From Octopus vulgaris (Eukaryota): a stretch of 64,000 bases of DNA. The number at the start of each line of letters is the position of its first letter. Within the stretch, counting starts at the first letter, position 1. The notes under the pieces are model-generated. The model did not search any database. It was not told the origin of the DNA and saw nothing but the letters and a program-made list of their open reading frames with translations. A program made the position numbers and the translations under genes. Positions 25,785 to 37,751 of the stretch are shown here, one piece after another. The stretch is taken from contig OX597842.1 of the NCBI GenBank assembly GCA_951406725.2, positions 8,060,001-8,124,000 of the forward strand, written 5' to 3'.

Positions 25785-26105
25785 TGCTGGAGAGGAGATA
25801 CATAGAAGGGACAGGAACAGGTTTCTTGCTGAAGAGGAGATACATGGCTACCTCACATTATATAAGGGTGGGTGGCTTTGTGTTAGGTGTTGAGAGGTTA
25901 AAGTATGATAGAAGGGACAAGAAGAGGTTTCTTGCTGAAGAGGAGATACATGGCTACCTCACATTATATAAGGGTAGGTGGCTTTATGTTAGGTGTTGAG
26001 AGGTTAAAGTATGATAGAAGGGACCTGAAGAGGAGATACATGGCTACCTCACATTATATAAGGGTGGGTGGCTTTATGTTAGGTGTTGAGAGGTTAAAGT
26101 ATGAT
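25785..26105 (+). repeat. ~105-bp tandem repeat, about 3 copies
   Basis: gaggagatacatggctacctcacattatataaggg at ~25834, 25940, 26030. Confidence 0.85.
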
Positions 26106-26207
26106 GTGTCTTCTAACATAGCCTCAGCCCTACTGAAGCTTTGTGAGTAGAATTGATAAACAAGCTGAAAGGAGCCCGTCATATGCGTGAGTGCATTCCT
26201 CACTATG

Positions 26208-26290
26208 GCAGAGGTAAAGAATATGCACACCACCCGTTTTCGGTGTAACCCTAACCCCTAACACTGTGTGCACATATTCTTTACCACTGC
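26208..26290. mobile_element. 83-bp MITE with internal (TAACCC)n-like motif, inserted in a SINE
   Basis: gcagaggtaaagaatatg / catattctttaccactgc 17/18 inverted match; internal taaccctaaccccta. Confidence 0.65.
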
Positions 26291-26899
26291 TTGACAGCCG
26301 GTGTTGGTGTGTTTACGTTTCTATAACATAGGGCTTCGGCAAAAGGGACTGACAGAATAAGTACTCGGCTTTACAAATAAGTCCCAGGGTCGATTTGTTA
26401 GACTAAAACCACTCAAGGCGGTGCTCCAGCATGGCCGCAATCAAGTGACAAATCAAAGTAAAAATATCTGTGTGTGTGTGTGTGTGTGTATATATATGTA
26501 TATATATATAGGCGCAGGAGTGGCTGTGTGGTAAGTAGCTTGCTTACCAGCCACATGGTTCCTGGTTCAGTCCCACTGTATGGCAAGTGTCTTCTACTAT
26601 AGCCTCGGGCTGACCAAAGCCTTATGAGTGGATTTGGTAGGCGGAAACTGAAAGAAGCCCGTCGTATATGTGTATATACATATATGTGTGTGTGATTCCT
26701 CCAACATCGTTTGACAACCGATGGTGGTGTGTTTACGTCCCCGTAACTTAGCGGTTCGGCAAAATAGCCGATAGAATAAGTACTAGGCTTACAAAGAATA
26801 AGTCCTGTGGTGCTCCAGCATGGCCACAGTCAAATGACTGAAACAAGTAAAAGAGTGAACGAGAGTATATATATATAGATGACGTAAAACAACGGATGC

Positions 26900-28760
26900 A
26901 TCCGGAATGACCCGGAAAAAGAAACAGGAAGAAACAGAAAGAGCAAAGAAGTGCGATACAACAAAGGGGAGAAAGAAATCGTCGAAGGAGGAGGAGGAGG
27001 AGCAAAAATAAAAAAGAAAGAAAGATTATGTGTAAATGGTGGTTTGAAGGAAGAGAGATTAAGAAATAAATAGGGAGGGGGAGTAAGAGGAGACTAGTCG
27101 TAAAGAGACAAAGAAACAGACAGAGCGGTAGGGAAAAGCACAAAGTAAAAGAAGGGGAGTGAATAAATTAAGAGGAAAAGGAAAGAAAAAAGGGTATAAG
27201 ACTATAAGGAAGACGGATGAGGAGGAGGAGGAGGAAATAGAGGGGAAAAGTGAGACTAAAAGGAATGAGAGAGGGTGTAAGAAGGGATATACGAGAGGAG
27301 TGGTATGAGTAATGAGGAAACGACAAAGAGAGACTAAAATGAGAGTAAATAGAAAAGAAGGGAGAAAAAATGGGAAGAAGAAAGAGGGGGGAGTAGAAAG
27401 CTAAAAGTTATGAGAAAGAATGAGAGAAAAATGTGGAAAGAAAGACAAATAGAATCGTTTTTTGGATGAATAAAGACGAGAGGAAGAATCAGCCGTTGAT
27501 GGAAAGAAAATCCCAGAGAGAAAGAGGGAAGAATACAGTAAGTTGAAGTGGATAGAAAAATAAAGAGGAAGAATAATGAAAGGAGTGGATGGGAAAAAGA
27601 ATATAAGACAAGAGAGAGGAATAGTATAAGGGATGGTGTGAAAGACTAAAAGATAAGAGAGGGAGAGGAAATAAATAAAAAGAGCAAAAGAGAGAGATTA
27701 GTAATTACAATTGTAAGGAGAGAATAGAGAGAGTGAAAGCTGAGAGAGAGAGAGAGAGAAGAGAGAAAGGGTAAAAAGGTAAGAGAGGGGGAAAGTATAT
27801 ACTAGCTTGTATGCATAGGAGAAAGATAAAGTAAAAGATGAGAGAGAGGGGTAAAAGAGACGGAGAAATATATAACAGTTTATGAGGGAGAGGGAGAAAG
27901 ACAGTAAAAGATACGAGAGAAGAAAAGGAGTGATGTAAAAGAAAGGGTAAAATTAAGAGAGGGGAAAAGAGAGACTGAGAAGTATAGAATAGATTATATA
28001 AGGAAGGGGAGGAGAATGACATGGTAAAAAATAAGAGAGAGGGATAAAAGAGACGGAGAAGTATATAACAGTTTATGAGGGAGAGGGAGAAAGACGATAA
28101 CAGATACGAGAAGAAAAAGAGTGATGTAAAAGAAAGGGTAAAATTGAGAGAGGGGGTAAAAGAGAGACTGAGAAGTATAGAATAGATTATAAGGGGAGGA
28201 AAATGACATGGTAAAAGATAAGAGAGGGGTATGAGGGAGAGGGAGAAAGACGGTAAAAGATACGAGAGAAGAAAAAGAATATAAAAGAAAAGGTAAAAAT
28301 GAGAGGGGGGAAAGAGAGAGTGAGACGTATAGAATATATTATATAAGGAAGGGGAGAAGAATGACATGGTAAAAGATGAGAGAGAGGGGTAAAAGAGACG
28401 GAGAAGTATGTAACAGTTTATGAGGGAGAGGGAGACAGACGGTAAAAGATACGAGAAGAAAAAGAAAGGGTAAACATAAGATAGGGGAAAAGAGAGACTG
28501 AGAAGTATAGAATAGATTATATAAGGAAGGGGAGGAGAATGACATGGTAAAAGATAAGACAGAGGGGTAAAAGAGACGGAGAGGGAGAAAAACAGTAAAA
28601 GATACGAGAGAAGAAAAAGAGTGATGTAAAAGAAAGGGTAAAATTGAAAGAGGGGGAAAAGAGAGACTGAGATGTATAGAAGAGATTATATAAGGAAGGG
28701 GAGGAAAATGACATGGTAAAAAGAGAGAGGGAGTGAAAGAAAAACTGAAAGACAAAGAGT
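26900..28760. repeat. GA-rich tract containing a ~180-bp purine-rich tandem repeat (27840-28740)
   Basis: aatgacatggtaaaa at ~28015, 28202, 28360, 28538, 28707. Confidence 0.85.
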
Positions 28761-29242
28761 GTGAGAAAGAGCGACAGCAGCTGAAGTATGAAGTTTAAAG
28801 TACAAAGAAAAAGGATTGGCGATCGAGGGAGATGGAAGACATTTTGTGCGCCACTGTTGATAGAAATAAACTATATATAGGGAGCCAACAGTGTGTTAAG
28901 GGCCGTTGGAGTAAAATAAGGGGTTTGTATATGAACCAGGCGGGGTGAAATGATAAGAAATACAGCCTATGAGAGGTCATAATGACTTAAATTTAAAACG
29001 ATGTCTCATCATAAGAGGTGTCATGCCTGGCTTTCTTCCGTAATGGCGAGGAGCACGGTGTCAAGATGTGCTAGAAATAACAGCTAAATCGCCCTGAAAT
29101 CTCACACACATGAAAATAGATCTCGTTTTTTTTTTTTTCATAATCGTTATAAATTCCCGTGTGTAGAAAGGAAATTAGCAAAAATTTTCTGTAAATATCA
29201 AAAAAAATAATAATAAAGGGTTATAAGGATTCTACCGCAATT

Positions 29243-29347
29243 TATATACATACACATACATGTATACACATACAAACACATATATATATATACAGACACA
29301 CATACATACACATATATATATATATATATATACAGACACACATACAT

Positions 29348-29384
<37 letters not shown>

Positions 29385-29623
29385 CACACATACATACACA
29401 CATACATACACATATATATATATATAGACACACATACATACACATATATATATATATATATACAGACACACATACATACACATATATATATATAGACACA
29501 CATACATACACATATATATATATATATATACAGACACACATACATACACATATATATAGACACACATACATACACATATATATAGACACACATACATACA
29601 CATATATATAGACACACATACAT

Positions 29624-29660
<37 letters not shown>

Positions 29661-29681
29661 CACACATACATACATACACAT
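29243..29681. repeat. Compound microsatellite [(TA)n (ca)gacacacatacatacaca]n
   Basis: Direct inspection. Confidence 0.9.
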
Positions 29682-30613
29682 GTAGTCTTTTTTAGATTCA
29701 TACAGAAATTGCCAGCCAGCCACCTTGTCTATTTTACCGACCGGCACGGCATGGTCGGGCAGGATGGTTGCCTGAGTGAATTATTATCATCATCATCATA
29801 ATTATTATGGTTTTCTTAAGGTTTTAAGTCGACAAATTAAGATAGAATAATAGATAATACCTGATGAGATTCGAGGTCGTAAGGGGCCCTCTTTGCGTAT
29901 GATTTTAGTTATGTGCGGCCCCACAGATTGTGGTCTCGCAGCAAGTAAGCAAGCAAGCAACCTTCTAAGCCGTTTTATATAAAAAAAAAGGAAGTGAAGG
30001 CCGACCTCAACTTTGATTGGAGGCCAATTAATTAATTAGCCTATAATAATTAATTACTGTTAAGAGAAAGGGATTTAAATTTCCTTTCTTATTTTTTTTT
30101 TATAATACTTATGAGGTTAGATTTTTTTAATAAAGATTATTATTATTATTATTACTGGAATTTTTTTTTTCCTTATTGAAACCTGAACGTTTCGACGGTG
30201 AATCAAGTGTATATATGTCTATACGTGTACATAGTTGTGTGTATGTGTGTGTGTATATGCGAATGTATGTGTGTGTGTGTATATATATATATGAATGTGT
30301 CTTGAGTGCGTGTGAGGTGTGTGTGTATGATAAAGAAAAAAGCGAGAGAGAAAGAGAGTCTAACACAGAAACCCACATAGCTTCTAAGAACTGGCTGACC
30401 TCACACCACCGCTATTCCTGCATTCCAACCATGCCCAACTCGCCTTTATATATCAAGAATAGCGTTGTTCAAGGTATCCCTTCCTCCCGTCGCCCTTAAC
30501 TGTGCCCAATCCGTCAGGCTCTTCACAGCCCTTTATGCCTAGTCCTGCTTCACTGGAATGCAGCCCGTGAAAAAGTCCCTTTCCTACAGGTGGGGGTTTG
30601 TAACAGTTTAAAC

Positions 30614-30771
30614 CATGTATGGGCAACATTTTTGATGAAGTGGGCCGCATGATACAAAGTTCGACATCTGGCGGGCCGCACTACCGAAAACAAAACAAAG
30701 AAACTCGAAATAATTTTTCGTTATTCGTGAATTTCCAGACTGTCCCGCGGGCTACATGTCGCCCAGGACTA
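30614..30771. mobile_element. hAT (Charlie-like) MITE
   Basis: 8-bp TSD gtttaaac at 30606-30613 and 30772-30779; tgggcaaca/tgtcgccca termini; internal gggccgca motifs. Confidence 0.75.
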
Positions 30772-31041
30772 GTTTAAACGGAAAATTAACGCCACCCATC
30801 TCACCAGTTTCGGAAATCTGGGAGACCAAAGTTCTTGTATAAGGGAATCGTTGATAACTCACCGATTCCCTTCATGTAATTTCTAATAAATATACTTATT
30901 GTCCTGTCTGTACAGGACAATAAAAATTTAGTGGCATGCTTATATAAGTACCCCCACCCTGCCGGCTTTGTCTCCTCATAACTTTTTAAAAAACTGATAT
31001 TTTTTAAAGAAATTTTCCAGAAATGCGCTTCAGATAATATA

Positions 31042-31426
31042 AGGGCAATCTTTCGTCTCTAGTAGACCTTTCCGTCGATTTCCGTAAAAAATTTTTTTTT
31101 TTTTTTACATATGGGCTTGCGGGGACTTTTGAAGTAATGAGAGCGAAAGAGACTAAGAGAAAGCGATTGTATGACGAGGGAAGTTCTTTTGAAGTTACCG
31201 TGCATGGCAAGCATTGATGTATATGTGTGTGTGTGTGTTTGATGGGGTTGTGTAAGTGAAGTGCTTCTGTTAGTGTGTGTGAAAGAAAGAGATAACTGAA
31301 ATTTTTACTGTGTATGTGTATATATGTATGTATATTACTTCAAAAGTTCCCGCAAGCCCATATGTAAAAAAAAAAAATATTTTACGGAATCGACGGAAAG
31401 GTATACTAGAGACGAAAGATCGCCAA
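31042..31426. mobile_element. Unclassified MITE with ~97-bp TIRs, TATA flanks
   Basis: 31042-31138 is inverted at 31334-31426. Confidence 0.8.
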
Positions 31427-31459
31427 TATAAGATTCTGATTAATAATAATATAAGATTC

Positions 31460-31890
31460 CGTGGGTGGAGAGAAGAGTTTCGGAAAATTCACTCGGGGTC
31501 AGTTTTGTTTCCTCAAAACTTTCAGAAAAATGTGTATTTTTTTAATGGAATTTTCTACAAATACCTTTCAGAATGTGTAGATTATGATTACATCAGAATT
31601 TAATACGAAAGACAAAAAATTAGTTGGCTAGTGCACATACATAATGAGACATCACAATTTTTTCTCGAAATTTCAAGTTTCATTTTGTAGGTATTATGTG
31701 ATGTGTGTACGATCTAACGATTTAAAAAAATTTTTTTTTTTCATATAAAATTCCGATATAATCGTAATTTACATACTCTGAAAGGTATTTGGAGAAATTT
31801 AATTTTAAAATACTCAATTTTCTGGAAGTTAGGAGGAAACAAAGCCGACACGTGTGAATTTTCCAAAACCTCTCTCTTCATCCTGCAGGA
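31460..31890. mobile_element. Diverged foldback element with ~140-bp inverted arms
   Basis: gaaaattcactcg...aaatacctttcaga...gaattt vs aaattcc...tctgaaaggtattt...gtgaattttc. Confidence 0.7.
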
Positions 31891-32675
31891 AAAAAAAATT
31901 CGCTACAAACTGCAATATAAGAGGAATCTGCACCACCTGATGCATATTTATAGAAAACTTCATTAAAAAATATCCATTTACTAGATATTCAAGGCAAAGG
32001 CGCAGGAGTGGCTGTGTGGTAAGTAGCTTGCATACCAACCACATGGTTCCGGGTTCAATCCCACTGCGTGGCACCATGGGCAAGTGTCTTCTGCTATAGC
32101 CTCGGGTCGACCAAAGCCTTGTGAGTGGATTTGGTAGACGAAAACTGAAAGAAGCCTGTCGTATATAAGTGTGTGTGTGTGTATATATATATATATGTGT
32201 GTGTGTGTGTATGTATGTGTGTGCATGCGTTTGTCCCTCCAACATCGCTTGACAACTGATGCTGGTATGTTTATGTCCTTGTAACTTAGTGGTTCGGCAA
32301 AAGAGACCGATAGAATAAGTACTGGGCTTACAAAAGAATAAGTCCTGGGGTCGATTTGCTCGACAAAAGGCGATGCTCCAGCATGGCCGCAATCGAATGA
32401 CTGCAACAAGTAAAAGAGGAAGTTAACGGAGGTAGCCCATCATGTATGCATGTACATGTGTGTGAAGGCACCTGGCTTAGCGGCTCGGCTTTTTAGCTCC
32501 CGATAATAAGGTCGGGAGTTTGTTACTGGACAGCATGTAGTGTCCTTGAGCAAGACACTTTATTTCATGCTGCACCATTCCACTCAGCTGACAAAAATGA
32601 GTGGTACCTGTAATTCAAAGGGCCAGCCTTGTGCCATTCGGTGTCACACTGAATCTCCCTGAGAACTACATTTAA

Positions 32676-32895
32676 CCCTTTAGTGTTTAAACCAGCCATA
32701 TCCAGCCAAAATATTCTACCTATTTTATGTTCAAACTAGTCAGATATGGTCATTCATAGCTACCTTATTGTGTCATTTTAAAAATAAACAATCACATCAT
32801 TGAAATCTCAAAGCCATCAAATGATGCAAGATTAATTTTACATGGTGTGAATACATAAGCTTTACATTTGACAGAATAATCTGAATGCTAAAGGG
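32676..32895. mobile_element. piggyBac-like MITE (second family)
   Basis: TTAA at 32672 and 32896; ccctttag/ctaaaggg TIRs; homologous to 36289-36509. Confidence 0.85.
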
Positions 32896-33519
32896 TTAAA
32901 GTTATGTGTATCTGTAGACAGCCCAGCCACTTACACACTAAAATCACAAGCTGACTGTTCTGTTGAACAAATCAACTGGAACATTCATCGAATTGATGGA
33001 ATGCCAGTACTATCATCCGCATCATTTAACATCTGCTTCCATGCTGGCATCGACCGGATGGTTTGGCAGGAACTGGCCAGGTGGAAGACTGCACCAGACA
33101 TCTGTGTTTGTTTGGACACCAAACACTACGCAGAGTGAACGTAGTGCTTTTTTCATGACACCTGTACAGGTGGGGGTCAGTTTCGGTATGGTTTTTACAG
33201 CTGGATGCCCTTCCAAGTGCTAACCACTTTACAATGTGGACTGGGAGCTTTTTACATGGCACCAGCACAAACGCGATCAGTTTTGGAAAGGTTTTTACAG
33301 CTGGATGCCCTTCCAAATGCTAACCACTTTACAGTGTGGACTGGGAGCTTTTTACATGGCACCAGCACTAGCAGGGTCACCGAGTAACCTGCAAGATAAA
33401 AATACTTTAAAAGGGAGAGGGGTATTGTAGGAGGTGACCTTGTTTCAGATAATGAAAGGTGACAGAGAAACAGAGTGTCTTGCTGTAAAGGAGGTACATT
33501 CTTTTGACATTATATATAT

Positions 33520-33551
<32 letters not shown>

Positions 33552-34035
33552 CTATATAAATCTAAGTGTACGGTATATATACATATATATATGCTGTAAC
33601 TGCGAAGACCCGACAAATAACATGAGTTCATGGCTGTTTCCTGCACCAGTTTCGTATAGCAGCTCCGGCCCATCCAAAGTACTTTGGATTGCATAACGAC
33701 CTGCTGTGCTTACCTTGGATCATAGGGTCACCTGCTGTGCTTGAGGAGACCTATTGAGTCAAGTACATCAACATCAAAATAAATAACAAATGGAAATTTT
33801 AGTTGTGTTACCTGTGCCAAGTAAAATGCACCAACCGATCATGGCTGCTGCCAGCCTCCCCTGTCACCTGTGCCAGTGGCATGTAAAAAGCACCCAGGGC
33901 ATCCAGCTGTAGAAACACTGCCAGATCAGACTGGAGACTGGTGCAGCCTCCTGGCTTCCCAGACCCCAGTCGAACTGTCCAACCCGTGCTAGTATGGAAA
34001 ACGGACATTACACAATGATGATGATTATATATATA

Positions 34036-34268
34036 AGGCGGCGAGCTGGCAGAAACGTTAGCATGCCGGGCGAAATGCGTAGCCGTATTTCGTCTGTCGT
34101 TACGTTCCGAGTTCAAATTCCGCCGAGGTCGACTTTGCCTTTCATCCTTTCGGGGTCGATAAATAAAGTACCAGTGACGCACTGGGGTCGATGTAATCGA
34201 CTTAATCCCTTTGTCTGTCTTTGTTTGTCTCCTCTATGTTTAGCCCCTTGTGGGCAATAAAGAAATAA
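34036..34268 (+). mobile_element. SINE family B, monomer
   Basis: ggcggcgagctggcagaaacgttagc...gagttcaaattcc...gcctttcatcctttcggggtcgataaa...aaagaaata. Confidence 0.9.
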
Positions 34269-34374
34269 TATATATAAGAAAATGGATGTAACAACAAGGG
34301 GAAACTCATCGTTTTCGCTGGTATGCCTTTAATTTAATTAGGTAACAAAGATGAACGAAGCAATGGTGAAGGTA

Positions 34375-34425
34375 GCATTTACAATTATTTCGATTTACTG
34401 GTTTTAGTAAATCTCTTCAGAATGC
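34375..34425 (-). ncRNA. Minimal type I hammerhead ribozyme, intact core
   Basis: gcatt CTGAAGA gatttact-aaaacc-agtaaatc GAAA taattg TA aatgc: 5-bp stem I, 8-bp stem II, self-complementary stem III, GUA triplet. Confidence 0.8.
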
Positions 34426-34514
34426 GAAAATTAGATTGATGCAGTGGATGGGATGCAAAAATATTTTCACATCCCAACCGATGTATCAATCTAGTTTTCG
34501 CATTCTGAAGAGAT

Positions 34515-36166
34515 AACAGAGGAATTCAAGACTGGATGCCCCTGGGAGCTCCTCTATGCTGACGACCTTGCTCTAATTGCTGAGTCACTATCAGAACTGG
34601 AGGAGAAGTTTCAGGTGTGGAAGCAAGGATTAGAATCGAAGGGCCTTAGAGTCAACCTAGCTAAAACAAAAGTTCTAATAAGTAGGAAGGCAGGCAAACC
34701 ACAAATCCCTTCAGGTAGATGGCCCTGCTTGATCTGTAGAAAAGGCGTAGGTAGAAACTCTACAAGATGTACCCAGTGTAAGCTATGGACATGTAAGAGG
34801 TGCAGCAATATCAAAGGAAGGCTAACTGAGAAGATAGTTTTTGTATGTGGCAGATGCTCAGGGGCTATAAACACTGAAAATGCACAGAGAACTACTTCCA
34901 CCACATTCCAGGGAGAAAAACTAGAAGTAGTTGATAGCTTCCATTACCGAGGTGACCAAGTCAGTAGCGGGGGCAGGTGTGCTGAAAGTGTAACTGCTAG
35001 AGTAAGAATAGCCTGGGCAAAGTTCAGGGAGCTCTTACCTCTGCTAGGGACAAAAGGCCTCTCGCTCAGAGTAAAAGGTAGACTGTATGACGCATGTGTA
35101 CAAACAGCCATGCTACATGGCAGTGAAACATGGGCCATGACTGCTGAGGACATGCGTAAGCTCACAAGAAATGAAGCCAGTATGCTCCAATGGATGTGTA
35201 ATGTCAGTGTACATACTCGACAGAGTGTAAGTACCTTGAGAGAAAAGTTGGACCTAAGAAGCATCAGTTGTGGTGTGCAAGAGAGACGTTTGCGCTGGTA
35301 TGGTCATGTGGCAAGAATGGATGAAGATAGGCGTGTGAAAAAGTGCCAATCCCTAGCGGTTGAGGGAACCCGTGGAAGAGGTAGACCCAGGAAAACCTGG
35401 AACGAGGTGGTGAAGCACGACCTTCGAACATTAGGCCTCACCGAGTCAATGACTAGTGACCGAGACCTTTAGAAATATGCTGTGCCTGAGAAGACCCAGC
35501 AGGACAAGTGAGTCCATCCCATGTCCCTTGCCAGGGATGTAGCCAGCCCACTTATGCATGCCTTTCCTTCTTTGGACACACGAAGACCTGTTGAGGCAAG
35601 TGAAGTTGAAATTGAATTCAAAATCAGACCTCATCCGATGACTAGCACCCATGCCAACCTCCCTTCATTGGACACTAAACTCTGCTTGTGAAGACCTGTT
35701 GGGGCAAGTGAAATCGGAATCAAAATTGAACCAATCCTATGACTGACTCCTGTGCAGGTGGCAAGTAAAGAAACACCATTTCGACCCTGTGCTTGAGGAG
35801 AGTACATGTACACGATCAAAAATCAATGGAAATTGTAGTTGTAATCCCTGTGCCGGTGGCACGTAAAAAGCACCATCTGAACGTGGCCGATGCCAGCGTT
35901 GCCTTGACTGGCTTCTGTGCCGGTGGCATGTAAAAAGCACCAATCCGATCGTGGCCGTCGCCAGCCTCGCCTGGCACCTGTGCAGGTGGCACGTAAAAAG
36001 CACCCACTACATTCACGGAGGTGTTGGCGTTAGGAAGGTTCATCCAGCTGTAGAAACACTGCCAGATCAGACTGGAGTCTGGTGCAGCCTTCTGGCTTCC
36101 CAGATCCCAGTCAAACCATCCATGGAGAACGGACGTTAAACGATGATGATGATGATGATGATGATG
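34515..36166 (+). mobile_element. 5'-truncated RTE-clade LINE (RT C-half, 3' UTR, (GAT)n tail)
   Basis: LLYADDL at ~34550; ORF to 35472 with MLHGSETW, RRLRWYGHVARM, RGRGRPRKTW; tail gatgatgat 36142-36166. Confidence 0.95.
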
Positions 36167-36288
36167 AGTAAATTGAAACGATCGTAAATGCTACCTTCCT
36201 GTTATTTAATTAAATTGAAGGCATACCAGCAAAAACGACAAGTTTCCCCTTGTTATTTACATCCATTTTCTTCTCCTATATAACTTAA

Positions 36289-36509
36289 CCCTTTAGCATT
36301 TAAACCGGCCATATCCGGCCAAAAGTATTCTGCTTGTTTTATGTTCAAACTGGCCAGATCTGGTCTCTCACACCAACCCTACAATATCGTTTTAAAAATT
36401 AACAGCTACCTCATCAAGAACTCATAGCTACAAGATAATGCCTGATTAGTTCAAGGCAATGTGGATGAAAAAGGATTAATTTTGGCAGAATAATGTGACC
36501 ACTAAAGGG
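36289..36509. mobile_element. piggyBac-like MITE (second family)
   Basis: TTAA at 36285 and 36510; ccctttag/ctaaaggg TIRs. Confidence 0.85.
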
Positions 36510-37751
36510 TTAAACTACAGTTTACCAACCGAACCACCTGCTACCAGGAAGGATGAAAAGTAAAGTCGACCTCAGCAGAATTTGAACTCAGATTGATCGT
36601 TTCTACAACAGGCACAAGGCCTGAAATTTGAGGGAGGGAGGACAGTCAATTACATCAACCCCAGTGTTTCACAGGTACTTAATTTATCAACCCTGAAAAG
36701 ATGAAAGGTAAAGTCAACCTCGGTGGAATTTGAACTCTGAACGTAGCAATGGGTGAAATATTGCTAAGAATTTCATCCGGTGTGCTAACGATTCTGCCAA
36801 GTTGCCACCTTAAATAATAATGGTTTCAAATTTTGACACAAGGTCAGCAATTTTCAGGGGAAGGTCTAAGTCGAGTACATTGACCCCAGAGCTCAACTGG
36901 TACTCGTATTATTGAGCACAAAAGAATGAAAAGCAAAGGTGACCATGGCGGGATTTGAACTCAAAACAAAGACAAAATGCCATGAAGCACTTTCCCCAGC
37001 ATGCTGATGCTTCTGTTAACTCACCAGACTTAGACCAGTAGTTCATATAAGATTTGGGGGCAAGCGAAATACTATATTGGGGATCCTAAAAGGTAGGATG
37101 GTCACAGCTGGAACATCTTAGATCATAGATCTGCTGGATCAGAGCTGACCTGGGGCTAACAACAAAAACACCTATAGCCATTAATACTCACTACTATGCT
37201 AACATTAGATAATGTATTCCTAGATACACTATGTCTGAATAAAAGATGGGATGGTCACAGTTGGAACAGCTGGGGTTAAACAACAATAATTATAGCCACT
37301 AATACTAATTACTATGCTGTACATTAGATAATGTAGTCCTAGATACACCATGTCTGAATAAAAGATGGGATAGTCACAGCTGGAACATCTTAGATCATAC
37401 ATCTACTGGATCAGAGCTGACCTGGGGCTAACAACAAAAACATCTATAGCCATTAATACTCACTACTATGCTATACATTAGATAATGTAGTCCTAGATAC
37501 ACTGTGTCTGAATTAAAGATGGGATGGTTACAGCTGGAATATCTTTGATCATATGTCTGATGGATCAAAACTGGCCTAGGGCTAAACAACAACTGGAAAC
37601 ACTAACTACTATACATTAGTTAATGTAATCCTAGATACACTATGTCTGGAATAAAAGACAAAATGGTCACAGCAGGAACATCTTTGATCACACATGTGGG
37701 ATCAGGACCTGCTTGGGGCTAAAGAAGAATTATAGTCACAATTAATAATCA

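Larger units (their letters stand above)
34270..36280. mobile_element. Palindromic Penelope-like (pLTR head-to-head) element with two hammerheads, interrupted by an RTE
   Basis: Left arm 34270-34462; right arm 34463-34514 plus 36167-36280; symmetry centre aaaat|atttt at 34462/34463. Confidence 0.8.

Noticed and set aside
27705-28755. Hydrophobic F/L/S-rich ORFs resembling membrane proteins
   Set aside because: Antisense translation of a polypurine tandem repeat
29855-29900. CTGATGA-gattcgaggtc-GTAA hammerhead look-alike
   Set aside because: GAAA is GTAA, stem II is weak and no stem I flanks the core
30175-30210. acgtttcg (reverse complement cgaaacgt), a PLE-hammerhead-like half motif
   Set aside because: No CUGANGA partner nearby
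30380-30605. Unique segment with ...SEAGLGIKGCEE... on the minus strand
   Set aside because: Weak resemblance to a non-LTR C-terminal motif but too short to assign without a search
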